A model generated the notes under the pieces. The model was not told the DNA's origin. It saw nothing but the letters and a program-made list of their open reading frames with translations, and made no database searches. Positions 48,602-58,066 of a stretch of 64,000 bases of DNA are shown here, in pieces. How positions within the stretch are numbered: the stretch's first letter is position 1; each line of letters begins with the position of its first letter. The position numbers and the translations under genes were made by a program. The stretch covers positions 2,317-66,316 of the forward strand of contig CAZTVK010000015.1 in NCBI GenBank assembly GCA_964617195.1. Reading direction: 5' to 3'. This DNA comes from an uncultured Methanosarcinales archaeon. Its GTDB lineage: Archaea; Nanobdellota; Nanobdellia; Woesearchaeales; ARS49.

Positions 48602-49364
48602 AAAAACAGGATTTCCACAATCAGAAGAACTAGTTCTTTGTACTGTAACCGGCGTCAACCCGCACTCAGTATTCTGCACTTTAGACGAGTATGGCGGAAG
48701 AACAGGCATGATTCACATTTCCGAAGTTGCGCCCGGAAGAATAAGAAACATCCGCGAATTCGTACAAGAAGGCAAGAAGGTAGTCTGCAAAGTATTGCAG
48801 GTCAGCCAAGAAAAGGGACACATCGACCTCTCACTAAGAAGAGTCAACCAATCGCAAAAGACAAACAAGCTCAACCAGATAAAACAAGAACAGCTCGCAG
48901 AAAAAATAGTTGAATACGTGGCAAAACAAACCGGCGACTCAGTACTAACATTGTACAACAAACTGGCAGAAAAATTAATACCACAATTCGGCACAGTCTT
49001 CGCGGCATTCGAAGAAGCATCACAAGACAAGCTGGACCTAGAAACAATCCTGGACAAAAAAGTCGCAAAACTCCTGACCGACTCCATCAAACAAAGAATA
49101 AAGCCTCCAGAAGTCAAGATTTCAGGAGACCTTAAACTCACAAGCTACGCGCCAGACGGCGTGCAAGAAATCAAAGACACACTAGCCATCGCAACAAAAG
49201 CAGGAGTAGAAGTACGCTACCTAGGCGCGGGAACATACCACTTTGAAGTCATCGCGGAAGACTACAAAGACGCAGAAAAAACACTCGCGACAGCAATCGA
49301 CCCAATCCTTGAACACGCCAAAGAAAAAGACATCGCAGCAGAATGGACGAGAAAAGAGGACTAA
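48591..49364 (+). CDS. eif2a: Translation initiation factor 2 alpha subunit (aIF2-alpha)
   Basis: N-terminal S1 domain (GMIHISEVAPGRIRNIREFVQEGKKVVCKVLQV) and conserved C-terminal domain. Confidence 0.88.
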   Translation: MLLKKTGFPQSEELVLCTVTGVNPHSVFCTLDEYGGRTGMIHISEVAPGRIRNIREFVQEGKKVVCKVLQVSQEKGHIDLSLRRVNQSQKTNKLNQIKQEQLAEKIVEYVAKQTGDSVLTLYNKLAEKLIPQFGTVFAAFEEASQDKLDLETILDKKVAKLLTDSIKQRIKPPEVKISGDLKLTSYAPDGVQEIKDTLAIATKAGVEVRYLGAGTYHFEVIAEDYKDAEKTLATAIDPILEHAKEKDIAAEWTRKED

Positions 49365-49373
49365 ACTTATAAG

Positions 49374-49544
49374 ATGAAACACATCAACAAATGCCAACAG
49401 TGCGGTGAGTTCACAATGAAAGAAAAGTGCGCCTGCGAAGGACAAGCGGTAACGACAAAACCGCAACGCTACGCACCAGACAAATACGGAAAATACAGGC
49501 GCGAAGCAAAACGTGAAGACCTCTCAAAAAGAGGACTATTATGA
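49374..49544 (+). CDS. nop10: H/ACA RNP protein Nop10
   Basis: 56-aa ORF MKHINKCQQCGEFTMKEKCACEG...YAPDKYGKYRREAKR, not in the ORF track. Conserved position after aIF2-alpha. Confidence 0.8.
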   Translation: MKHINKCQQCGEFTMKEKCACEGQAVTTKPQRYAPDKYGKYRREAKREDLSKRGLL

Positions 49545-50302
49545 CCTGGAAAATCAAATATCTAGCAAACAAACCAATTCTAAATAAGCCAATACTCATC
49601 GAAGGACTGCCTGGCATAGGCAATGTGGGCAAAGTAGCGCTCGACTTCATGGTTGAAGAACTAAAAGCCAGAAAAATAGCAGAATTCCGAGGCGGAAACC
49701 TGCCACATTCTGTTTTCGTCAATGAACACAACCTAGTAGAACTACCAACAATAGAATTATACTACAAAAAATTCAACAACGGAAAAAGAGACCTATTACT
49801 TCTAGCAGGCGACGCGCAGCCAAACGACGAGATGAGCTGCTATGAATTCTGCGATGCTGTTTTAGACACCGCACAAGAATTCAACTGCGCAGAAATCGTA
49901 ACACTAGGAGGAGTAGCATTGCGACAAGAACCAAAAAACCCGCAAGTCTACCTAACAGGAAACCAGAAAGAACTAATCAATACATACTCCAAAGGCACAA
50001 AAACCAACACGCGCCTCTACGGCAAAGTCGGACCAATCATCGGCGTCTCAGGACTGCTGTTAGGACTGGCGAAAAGACGAAAGATAAACGCAGTCAGCCT
50101 GCTGGCAGAAACACTCGGACACCCGCTCTATCTCGGCGTCAGCGGAGCAAGAGAAATACTAAAAGTAATCAAGAAAAAACTCAGCATACCACTCGACATC
50201 AAACTTCTCGAACAAGAAATAGCAGAGATTGAGGAAGAACTAACCAAACGCGCACTGCCAAAAAAAGGCAAGAAGCAGGGCGATGTCAATTATATCGGCT
50301 GA
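49541..50302 (+). CDS. PAC2-family (proteasome assembly chaperone-like) protein
   Basis: 253 aa with the LIEGLPGIGNVG motif typical of archaeal PAC2/DUF75 proteins. Conserved neighbour of nop10. Confidence 0.7.
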   Translation: MTWKIKYLANKPILNKPILIEGLPGIGNVGKVALDFMVEELKARKIAEFRGGNLPHSVFVNEHNLVELPTIELYYKKFNNGKRDLLLLAGDAQPNDEMSCYEFCDAVLDTAQEFNCAEIVTLGGVALRQEPKNPQVYLTGNQKELINTYSKGTKTNTRLYGKVGPIIGVSGLLLGLAKRRKINAVSLLAETLGHPLYLGVSGAREILKVIKKKLSIPLDIKLLEQEIAEIEEELTKRALPKKGKKQGDVNYIG

Positions 50303-51646
50303 TTATTTTGACAACGAGACAACGGCAGAAGGCAGTATAACATCCAAAACTCCTTCAGAGAAATCACCTTCAAGCCTGTCCGCAAGACACGCATTAATAA
50401 GCGCTTTTGCCTTCAATTTCGACTTAACCTTGCACTTATCCGGATTCTGTTTCGGTCCTCTTTCTGGAGGCGACGGCATAGGAGATATCCCTGCATGAAC
50501 CATTGCATAAACACAAGACGAGTCCTTCCTATAGGCAGAATACGGAGTGAAACTTACCGGCCTAATTTTTGTTGCGGTCAACTCCAAATCAGCAGGAAGA
50601 GAAATATCGGCTTTCCCCTTGGACAGTTTTTCATCACTTCTGATTCTCCACATGAAAGGCTCAAAATGCATCAGATGACTTCCCGTACCATCATAGCCAC
50701 TGAAATCATAATGCCTGGTTTTTTGGTAAAGATCAAGCACTAACTTGCTCATTGTCTGGCCTTTGTCGTACATGTCATTAAGAATTTCACTTGCATCTGG
50801 ATCTGATATCGTAACTGTTCCTGGCTGACCGCTAATCCCCGGTTCGCCATGACAAATATTACCATCCTCATCAAGCCAGTATACTTTCAAAATACCGCCA
50901 GCAGGATCAATTGTTATTTTTAGTCCTGGCGGCAGCTCTTCAAACCACCGCGTTATATCAATTATCAATCCATTCTCACGCGGACCGCTTTTTTCTCCAG
51001 GCAAAATAGAAAGTAAAATGCCTTTCAAAAAGTCAATAACACCTACAAAGAACCCCTTTGGTTTCGGCTTTTCAACTACTAGCACATACTCTGCTTTTGG
51101 CTTTGACGTCATTTCCCTCTCATCAATCTCCAAAGGTTCAACCTCTACAGATTCAACATGCGGCGCAGGAGTTGGTTCAACAGGCGGAACAAATTTCGGC
51201 GGTGCAACAACAGGAATTGGTTCTTTTAGCACAGACTTGCAACCCTTGTTCGTACATTCCTGATATTTACCACACGTCAACTGAGTCTGCCAGACACCAT
51301 TAATACACATCTGGAAGTTCTGACGATCACAACGCTTTTCACCATAATAACACTCGGCCGGCCGAGCAGATGGCGGCTCTTCATAAGGCTCTTCCGGAAT
51401 CTGCATCACACCAGGAGGCACATAAGCAGGCTCTGTGCACCCTTGATTCGAATCACAGCCGTATTCACACTGTTGTATGGCCTGCCAATTCCCATTTACG
51501 CACTGCAAGAAAACATTGCCATCGCACTGAGTATCACCTTCATTACAAAAAGCAATGTTCTGACCAATATTAGGATCATAATACTGCGCAGAAACAACAG
51601 GAATAATCAGTAATAACAACACTAACAACACTACCTCTTTTTGCAT
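50303..51646 (-). CDS. Secreted protein with two N-terminal 6-Cys modules, a Pro-rich linker and a C-terminal domain of unknown function
   Basis: Signal peptide. Duplicated C..G.W......C.YGC...GC modules. PVVAPPKFVPPVEPTPAP linker. Confidence 0.55.
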   Translation of the reverse strand: MQKEVVLLVLLLLIIPVVSAQYYDPNIGQNIAFCNEGDTQCDGNVFLQCVNGNWQAIQQCEYGCDSNQGCTEPAYVPPGVMQIPEEPYEEPPSARPAECYYGEKRCDRQNFQMCINGVWQTQLTCGKYQECTNKGCKSVLKEPIPVVAPPKFVPPVEPTPAPHVESVEVEPLEIDEREMTSKPKAEYVLVVEKPKPKGFFVGVIDFLKGILLSILPGEKSGPRENGLIIDITRWFEELPPGLKITIDPAGGILKVYWLDEDGNICHGEPGISGQPGTVTISDPDASEILNDMYDKGQTMSKLVLDLYQKTRHYDFSGYDGTGSHLMHFEPFMWRIRSDEKLSKGKADISLPADLELTATKIRPVSFTPYSAYRKDSSCVYAMVHAGISPMPSPPERGPKQNPDKCKVKSKLKAKALINACLADRLEGDFSEGVLDVILPSAVVSLSK

Positions 51647-51737
51647 GTGCCAGTTTAATAGAACATAGTATTAAAATCTTACTCAAACAACAACCTTTTA
51701 AAACCCGCGTCTTATAATATTACAAAAAGAGGAGAAC

Positions 51738-53003
51738 ATGTCAAAAATACTCGCAGTCAAAGCACGCCAAGTTCTAGACAGCAGAGGAAATCCTACTGTT
51801 GAGTGCGATATCAAGACAAACGACGGAATATTTAGGGCAAGTGTGCCATCAGGAGCAAGCACAGGCGCAAACGAAGCGCTTGAACTGCGAGACCACAAAA
51901 AAGAATTCTTAGGCAACGGAGTAATGAGAGCAGTCAATAATATAAACTTAATTCTGGCAAAAAAACTCAAAGGAAGAAACCCGACAACACAAGAAGAACT
52001 CGATAATTTAATGATAAAACTAGACGGAACTCAAAACAAAAGCAAACTAGGAGCAAACGCGATGCTTGCAGTCAGCATGGCGCTATCACGCGCAGGAGCA
52101 GCAGCGAAAAAACAACAATTGTACGAACACATCGGAGAATTATACGGCACGAAAAAATTCACACTGCCGATACCAGCATTCAACATCATAAACGGAGGAA
52201 AACACGCCGGAAACAAATTAGACATACAAGAATACATGATACTGCCAACAGGAGCCAAGAACTTCGCAGAAGCACTCCGCATAGGAAGCGAGATTTACCA
52301 CACTCTCAAGAAAAATCTGGAAAACCACTTCGGAAAGACAGCCATCAATGTAGGAGATGAAGGCGGATTTGCGCCTCCATTAACCTGCATAGAAGAGCCG
52401 TTTGACTACATCACAGACGCGATAATCAAGCTCGGTTATTGGAAAAAAGTAAAACTAGGCATAGACTGCGCATCAACAACATACTGGAAACACGGCACAT
52501 ACTACCTGGAAGGAAAAGAATACACGCCAGACAAGCTAGCAGAAAAATACCAAGAACTCGCCGACAATTATCCTCTAGTCAGCATCGAAGACCCATTCTA
52601 CGAAGAAGACTTTGAAAATTTCGCGAAATTAAACCGAAGATTAGTGAACACGCAAATAGTTGGAGACGATTTATTGGTAACAAACCCAAAAAGAGTCAGA
52701 AAAGCAATAACGATGAAAAGCTGCAACTGCCTTTTACTTAAGATTAATCAGATCGGCACGATAACAGAAGCGCTCGAAGCCGCAAAAATGGCCAAGAACG
52801 CAGGCTGGAACATCATGACATCGCACAGAAGCGGAGAAACAGAAGACAGCTTCATCGCTGATCTGGCAGTCGGCATTGCCTCAGGACAGATAAAGTCAGG
52901 AGCGCCATGCAGAGGAGAAAGATTAGCAAAATACAATCAACTATTACGCATAGAAGAAGAAACAGGAGCACCATATGCAGGAAAAACAATCAGATTTGCT
53001 TAA
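51738..53003 (+). CDS. eno: Enolase
   Basis: 421 aa with the SHRSGETED signature. Confidence 0.95.
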   Translation: MSKILAVKARQVLDSRGNPTVECDIKTNDGIFRASVPSGASTGANEALELRDHKKEFLGNGVMRAVNNINLILAKKLKGRNPTTQEELDNLMIKLDGTQNKSKLGANAMLAVSMALSRAGAAAKKQQLYEHIGELYGTKKFTLPIPAFNIINGGKHAGNKLDIQEYMILPTGAKNFAEALRIGSEIYHTLKKNLENHFGKTAINVGDEGGFAPPLTCIEEPFDYITDAIIKLGYWKKVKLGIDCASTTYWKHGTYYLEGKEYTPDKLAEKYQELADNYPLVSIEDPFYEEDFENFAKLNRRLVNTQIVGDDLLVTNPKRVRKAITMKSCNCLLLKINQIGTITEALEAAKMAKNAGWNIMTSHRSGETEDSFIADLAVGIASGQIKSGAPCRGERLAKYNQLLRIEEETGAPYAGKTIRFA

Positions 53004-53730
53004 GTTTGCGATCAGTTTAGCGAAGGAAAGCGCGCAAATTCTGAAAAGAATGCAAAAAAACGCTAAAATAGTGCAGGAAAAAGTTCAGGGAGACTTTGCG
53101 CTTAATGCTGACATCGCTTCTGAACAACACGTCATGAAAAGAATAAGGCAAAAATATCCAAGCCACGACATTCTCACAGAAGAATCAGGACACCACCACA
53201 AAGATTCCGAATACCTGTGGATAATCGACCCTCTCGAAGGAACGCTCAACTACGCGCATCATCTTCCAATATGGGCAGTTAACATAGGGCTTTTCTACAA
53301 AGGAAAACCATACCTAGGCGTCATATACGCACCCATCATTAAAGAATTATTCCACGCATCAAAAGGAAAAGGAACCTACCTGAATGGAAAAAGAGTGCAT
53401 GCCAACAAAGAAACAGACATCATGAAATCATTCTTTGCTGCAACAACAGCACAAATAAATGAAATACCAATAAGCCCAACAATAGTCAGAGGAATCGGCT
53501 GCGCCGGAGTTGAGCTCGCATATGTGGCATGCGGGCGCTTTGCAGCGAAAATAAAACTCAGAGGAAACGACCCATACGGATACGGAGCCGGAAGCATCAT
53601 AGTAATGGAAGCAGGCGGAAAAATAACGGACATGAAAGACAATCCGTGGAATTTGAAATCAAACGGCGCACTGGCAAGCAACGGAAAAATTCACGACAAA
53701 CTACTCAAGCTTCTCAGTAATACTTCTTAA
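52975..53730 (+). CDS. suhB: Inositol monophosphatase / fructose-1,6-bisphosphatase family protein
   Basis: WIIDPLEGT motif and IMPase fold blocks. Confidence 0.8.
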   Translation: MQEKQSDLLKFAISLAKESAQILKRMQKNAKIVQEKVQGDFALNADIASEQHVMKRIRQKYPSHDILTEESGHHHKDSEYLWIIDPLEGTLNYAHHLPIWAVNIGLFYKGKPYLGVIYAPIIKELFHASKGKGTYLNGKRVHANKETDIMKSFFAATTAQINEIPISPTIVRGIGCAGVELAYVACGRFAAKIKLRGNDPYGYGAGSIIVMEAGGKITDMKDNPWNLKSNGALASNGKIHDKLLKLLSNTS

Positions 53731-54397
53731 GAATATTGTGCTTATCAGTGGCTAATCTGACATGAGAAGGCAAGACAACGCTCTTCCATGACTTTCTCGT
53801 AAACGGAGGCGCTTTGCCTGAAGGAACGTCAACAAAATATTCAAAATAATCATCATACGGCATCTCCCACTTCATCATCTGCTGAATAGAAGCTTTCTCA
53901 AAATGCCGGCGGAAAGGACGCATGCTGTTGCCATGCGCTGAAATAGCGACGCTCACCTTATACTTCCTGATGAAGACTAGCAAGTCTTTGATGAACGAGT
54001 TAACACGACTTTCAACCATTTTCACACTCTCGCCCTTTGGCGGAGGAAAATTGTAAGCGCGATGGTATTTATCATACAATGCTTTGCCGTTTTCACGAAT
54101 AAAAGCAGCATGAGCACGACCTTGCAAAAGCCCATAACACCTCTCAAGCATCCTGTCGTCGCGAAAGACAACCTTGCACTCACGATGATGTTTAAGCACT
54201 TCCTTCAATGTTTCCTTAGAACGCGTCAAATTAGAAGAAAACGCGACATCAACACGCCGATTCCTGAGCTTCCTGCCAACCAGGGACGCATTCATCTTTC
54301 CTTTAACAGTCCACGTCGCGTCCTTCCACCCAGTAAACATCTTCCTCTTGTTAAAATGCGTCTGGCCATGACGGAACAGATAGATATAGCATTTCAT
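53714..54397 (-). CDS. Histidine phosphatase (phosphoglycerate mutase family)
   Basis: YIYLFRHGQT RHG motif. Start reassigned to the internal Met MKCYIYLF. Confidence 0.75.
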   Translation of the reverse strand: MKCYIYLFRHGQTHFNKRKMFTGWKDATWTVKGKMNASLVGRKLRNRRVDVAFSSNLTRSKETLKEVLKHHRECKVVFRDDRMLERCYGLLQGRAHAAFIRENGKALYDKYHRAYNFPPPKGESVKMVESRVNSFIKDLLVFIRKYKVSVAISAHGNSMRPFRRHFEKASIQQMMKWEMPYDDYFEYFVDVPSGKAPPFTRKSWKSVVLPSHVRLATDKHNILKKYY

Positions 54398-56190
54398 TTT
54401 CCAACTGCCTTGTTGTGCGCTTCTATATACCTTTCTATAAACAGCTTCCAATCAGCAGTAGCAGCAATCTTCTGCGCCATAATCTTGTTCTCAATCCGCT
54501 CCTTTGTCGTAAAGTGAGCAAACTGAGACATCATATCAGTCAAAGACTTGATAATCTCCTCAGTAGACTTTTTGAAACGTTGAAGCACGAAAATACCTGG
54601 ATACTTGCTCGGCGAACATTCCTTGCAAATATACTGGCCAAAACCAGAAAGATCAGTTGTAAGACTACTCACGCCGAGCGCTGCAGCCTCCAGAGGAGTA
54701 TACCCCCACGGCTCATAATAACTAGGGAAAACACCCAAATGACTGCCCTGCATACTCTCGTAATAACTGGTATCCAACAAGCCATCTGCGCCTGACAAGT
54801 AGATTGGATAGAAGACAATCTTGACAACATCATCAGGAGAATTGTCCAATCCAACTTCACGCAAAGTCTTCATAATCAAATCAGTATCTTCATCAAACAA
54901 GAAATGCGTGCTAAGCGGAGGCAAGCCTTTGCGCGCCAAACGCTTCAATTTAGGCCTGATCTCCTGAAGAAAATCATCACCAAGCAAAGACTTGTTGTTG
55001 ATATCTTTTCCCATAATCAACAATTCTGAAACCTTATTCTGCACGTCCTCATGCACTTCCTCAACGCTCTTCTTGATATCATTGAAAAACGTCCTGCTCT
55101 CCAAAAGCTCAGGACGGATTGCCTTAACATTACCCGGAATCCAGAAGAACGCCACAATCGTCTTTTCACACTTCTCAGCCTTCAACTGATCATTAAGCCT
55201 GCCTAACGCCTTTATGAAAACATCAACACCCTTATCATGAAATTCATACCGGCCTGCAAGGAAAAAAATCAAAGTATTCTCAATGTCGAAAGTATAATAG
55301 GGAAAGAAATAATACATCAAAAACTGCTTCATCCTGTTCTTGAAGAACTTGTGCTTCAAAGAAGCCTCCTCAAAAGACGGGAATTTAGACATGTCAAGAC
55401 CATTGAATAACAAAACATCAGGCTTCCTGCCAAGAAAATGCCCTGCTTCCATTCCAGTAATCTCGCTTACAGTCGTGAAAACATGAGCATTCTGAGCACT
55501 CTGCTTTTCCAGCGAATGCTTAGCCCAAACAGAAATGCCGAGACGCTTAGCCTCGCCATCACTGTCAATACTCTCCAACTGCTCGTAAATATCCCTTTCC
55601 TGCATTGCCAAAGAACGGCCCAAAGTAGTAGCATGAGTGGTAAAAACAGTGCCCACCCTGACATTTTCATGCCTTAAGTACAACAAGCCAGCGCCAGCAA
55701 GCCATTCATGAAAATGAGCAACGATCTTTTTCCCAGAAAACACCTTGCTTAATTCCTCAATAAGCCTGCCCACAGCATACGCCCACATTACAGGCTCGTC
55801 AAAATCAAACCAGTCCGTATTAAGACTGTCAATCTGATACCAATCCCACAATTTACGCTTAACATCGTTCTTCTGGACAGAGAAATTAGTAAAATCGACC
55901 AGCAAGGTATTCGGATTCCCTTTCGTTATCCAAGTGCCACAATGCACTTCAATGCCTTCCTGCTTAAGCTTCTCAAAAGCCCCCTTGCACTCCGCAGGAG
56001 GAATATGCTCCTCAAAAATACCCCAAGACTTCTTAGGAAAATACGGGCCAACCAAGAAATAATTATCCCCATAATGCTCTTTCATAGGCAGAATCTTGCT
56101 CTGCACAACCGTGAAAATCCCGCCAACCTTATTGCAAACTTCCCACGAAACTTCAAAACAAATCTCTGCCTTAGATTCCATTCTTAACAC
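54394..56190 (-). CDS. Glycogen synthase, eukaryotic type (GT3 family)
   Basis: FEVSWEVCNKVGGIFTV, VAHFHEWLAG, FTTHATTLGRS, HVFTTVSEIT, FFLAGRYEFHDKG and LGVFPSYYEPWGYTP are near-identical to animal/fungal glycogen synthase motifs. Confidence 0.85.
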   Translation of the reverse strand: MLRMESKAEICFEVSWEVCNKVGGIFTVVQSKILPMKEHYGDNYFLVGPYFPKKSWGIFEEHIPPAECKGAFEKLKQEGIEVHCGTWITKGNPNTLLVDFTNFSVQKNDVKRKLWDWYQIDSLNTDWFDFDEPVMWAYAVGRLIEELSKVFSGKKIVAHFHEWLAGAGLLYLRHENVRVGTVFTTHATTLGRSLAMQERDIYEQLESIDSDGEAKRLGISVWAKHSLEKQSAQNAHVFTTVSEITGMEAGHFLGRKPDVLLFNGLDMSKFPSFEEASLKHKFFKNRMKQFLMYYFFPYYTFDIENTLIFFLAGRYEFHDKGVDVFIKALGRLNDQLKAEKCEKTIVAFFWIPGNVKAIRPELLESRTFFNDIKKSVEEVHEDVQNKVSELLIMGKDINNKSLLGDDFLQEIRPKLKRLARKGLPPLSTHFLFDEDTDLIMKTLREVGLDNSPDDVVKIVFYPIYLSGADGLLDTSYYESMQGSHLGVFPSYYEPWGYTPLEAAALGVSSLTTDLSGFGQYICKECSPSKYPGIFVLQRFKKSTEEIIKSLTDMMSQFAHFTTKERIENKIMAQKIAATADWKLFIERYIEAHNKAVGK

Positions 56191-56348
56191 TCATCACTCA
56201 TGATTCAAAAAGTTTTCACACCACTCTACAGAGAGAACGACATTATCAGAACAGAAATGCCAATAACTACAGTAATGATGACGTAGATAGAATAAAGTTC
56301 AAACGCTTCCATGGTAAAAAGTTAATAAAAAAATAAAAATAAAAAAAT

Positions 56349-56969
56349 TTAGACGAATCCTGGGCGCTCTCCGCAACCCCATGCTCCATCTTGGATTGCT
56401 TGCGTGACGTCATTGATGACATCATCACGGCTCAAACCATACTGGTCAGACTTTGTAATCCAATCACCTGCAGTTAACTGCTGCATAGACATTGACATTC
56501 TTGCCAATGAAGCCCATGCTTGGTGCTCTTGGAAGCTGAGTGACACTGGTAGGTCTACACCGTTCAAGATGCTCAACCATGTGCATGCTCGGTATGACGG
56601 AATCTCTTCCAATTGTTCATTGTGAACAAGGTTCGTCTGACTGCTCACTGCACGTGCTTTGACTGATTCACCATATTGAGTTTCTGCAATTGGCTGGTAG
56701 TATCCTGGTCCACCAAGGCCTGAGAATCTCTCGCCTGAAGAACCGTCTGCTCCGCTTGGGAATTCATACGATCTTCCTGCAAATGCTCTCGATTCAGGGT
56801 CTGCGACACCTCTGACTGCTCCACCATATTCTTTGGCGGCTGGCACTGCGAACTCACCAACTGCTGACTTTCGCGCACCCGTGAAGAGTAGCACCAAACC
56901 AACAATCGCTATTATCGCAACTATGCCTAGAATTACAAGTGCGATTCCTTTTCCACTTTCTTCTGCCAC
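56349..56969 (-). CDS. Type IV pilin-like protein (class III signal peptide), paralog 1
   Basis: MAEESGKG|IALVILGIVAIIAIVGLVLLF. Positively charged N-terminus, KG cleavage context and hydrophobic helix. Confidence 0.65.
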   Translation of the reverse strand: MAEESGKGIALVILGIVAIIAIVGLVLLFTGARKSAVGEFAVPAAKEYGGAVRGVADPESRAFAGRSYEFPSGADGSSGERFSGLGGPGYYQPIAETQYGESVKARAVSSQTNLVHNEQLEEIPSYRACTWLSILNGVDLPVSLSFQEHQAWASLARMSMSMQQLTAGDWITKSDQYGLSRDDVINDVTQAIQDGAWGCGERPGFV

Positions 56970-57093
56970 AACTGATCACCTCGTTTAGTTGTTCTTAATC
57001 GTTTGTGTGTGTTATACACACACTGATTTATATACTTTTCGTTTTGTCAAAACGTACAATCGTTCTGACTATTTTCTAATGAAATAAAAAAAA

Positions 57094-57552
57094 TTAATTA
57101 ACGCCTGCGATTCCGCCGACCATTGTGTCTGGCGGGAAAACGCACACGCCTGGCTTGTCTCCAGCCTGCACAACATCATAACCAATCGATGCATAATATT
57201 CTGCCTGGTCGTTGTAAGGTACAAGGAAACCGCCGGATTCGCACTTTCTCATTGCGCTTGGAATGTCACTCACTGGGTTTCTCTTTGGGTCGCCGTAATA
57301 ATTCCAGCTAGTGTGCATGTCATTATACTGAGTTTGTCCTGGGATGTAATTAGGATTTTGGAATTCAGGAACGTTTCTTGGAACACCGCGACCAGTCCAG
57401 TACGGATACGGGACTTGCTTGATCGCTCCGCCGTAAACACCTTCACCAGTTGCGTTCTTGCCTTGAACGAACATTAAGACAAGACCAACAATTGCAATAA
57501 CGGCAACAATGCCTAGAATCACTAATGCTATACCTTTGTGTTCACTTGCCAT
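57094..57552 (-). CDS. Type IV pilin-like protein (class III signal peptide), paralog 2
   Basis: MASEHKG|IALVILGIVAVIAIVGLVLMF. N-terminus nearly identical to paralog 1. Confidence 0.65.
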   Translation of the reverse strand: MASEHKGIALVILGIVAVIAIVGLVLMFVQGKNATGEGVYGGAIKQVPYPYWTGRGVPRNVPEFQNPNYIPGQTQYNDMHTSWNYYGDPKRNPVSDIPSAMRKCESGGFLVPYNDQAEYYASIGYDVVQAGDKPGVCVFPPDTMVGGIAGVN

Positions 57553-57622
57553 TTTTTCACCTCGATTTTTCAGTGTTAACGAATGAAATACACTAATATA
57601 GGATTATGTATACTGGATATAT

Positions 57623-58066
57623 TTAAATGTTGCGTTTCTTGGGAAAATATTCTCTCACTAATAATAACAAAACGGCAATTGTGATAGCAGAATCAGCGAC
57701 ATTAAAAGCAGGCCAGAAATGGAAATCAATAAAGTCAATAACTGAGCCATAAAGAAGACGGTCTGCAAGATTTCCGAACGCTCCACCGAGGATAAGTCCC
57801 AAGATGGGCTGCAATTTCTGAGAGAAAGTTTTGTATTTCAAGATGAGAAATACGCTCACTGCTGCCGCAAAAATCACGAAAAACCACGACGCATTTCTGA
57901 ACAAACCAAAAGCAGTGCCGGTATTCAAGACATGAGTTAACGAGACGATTGGGAAATCTATAGACGAGTTAAGCGGAATAAATCTCAGGACGAAAAATTT
58001 AGAAACTCTGTCGAGAATCAAAACAGCGAGCGCTATGCTCCAGAATGCTAAGTGCTTGTTCGCCAT
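57623..58066 (-). CDS. lspA: Lipoprotein signal peptidase (signal peptidase II, LspA)
   Basis: LDRVSK, NTGTAFGLF, GGAFGNLADR, VIDFIDF and FNVADS correspond to the conserved LspA blocks, including the two catalytic Asp regions. Confidence 0.85.
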   Translation of the reverse strand: MANKHLAFWSIALAVLILDRVSKFFVLRFIPLNSSIDFPIVSLTHVLNTGTAFGLFRNASWFFVIFAAAVSVFLILKYKTFSQKLQPILGLILGGAFGNLADRLLYGSVIDFIDFHFWPAFNVADSAITIAVLLLLVREYFPKKRNI

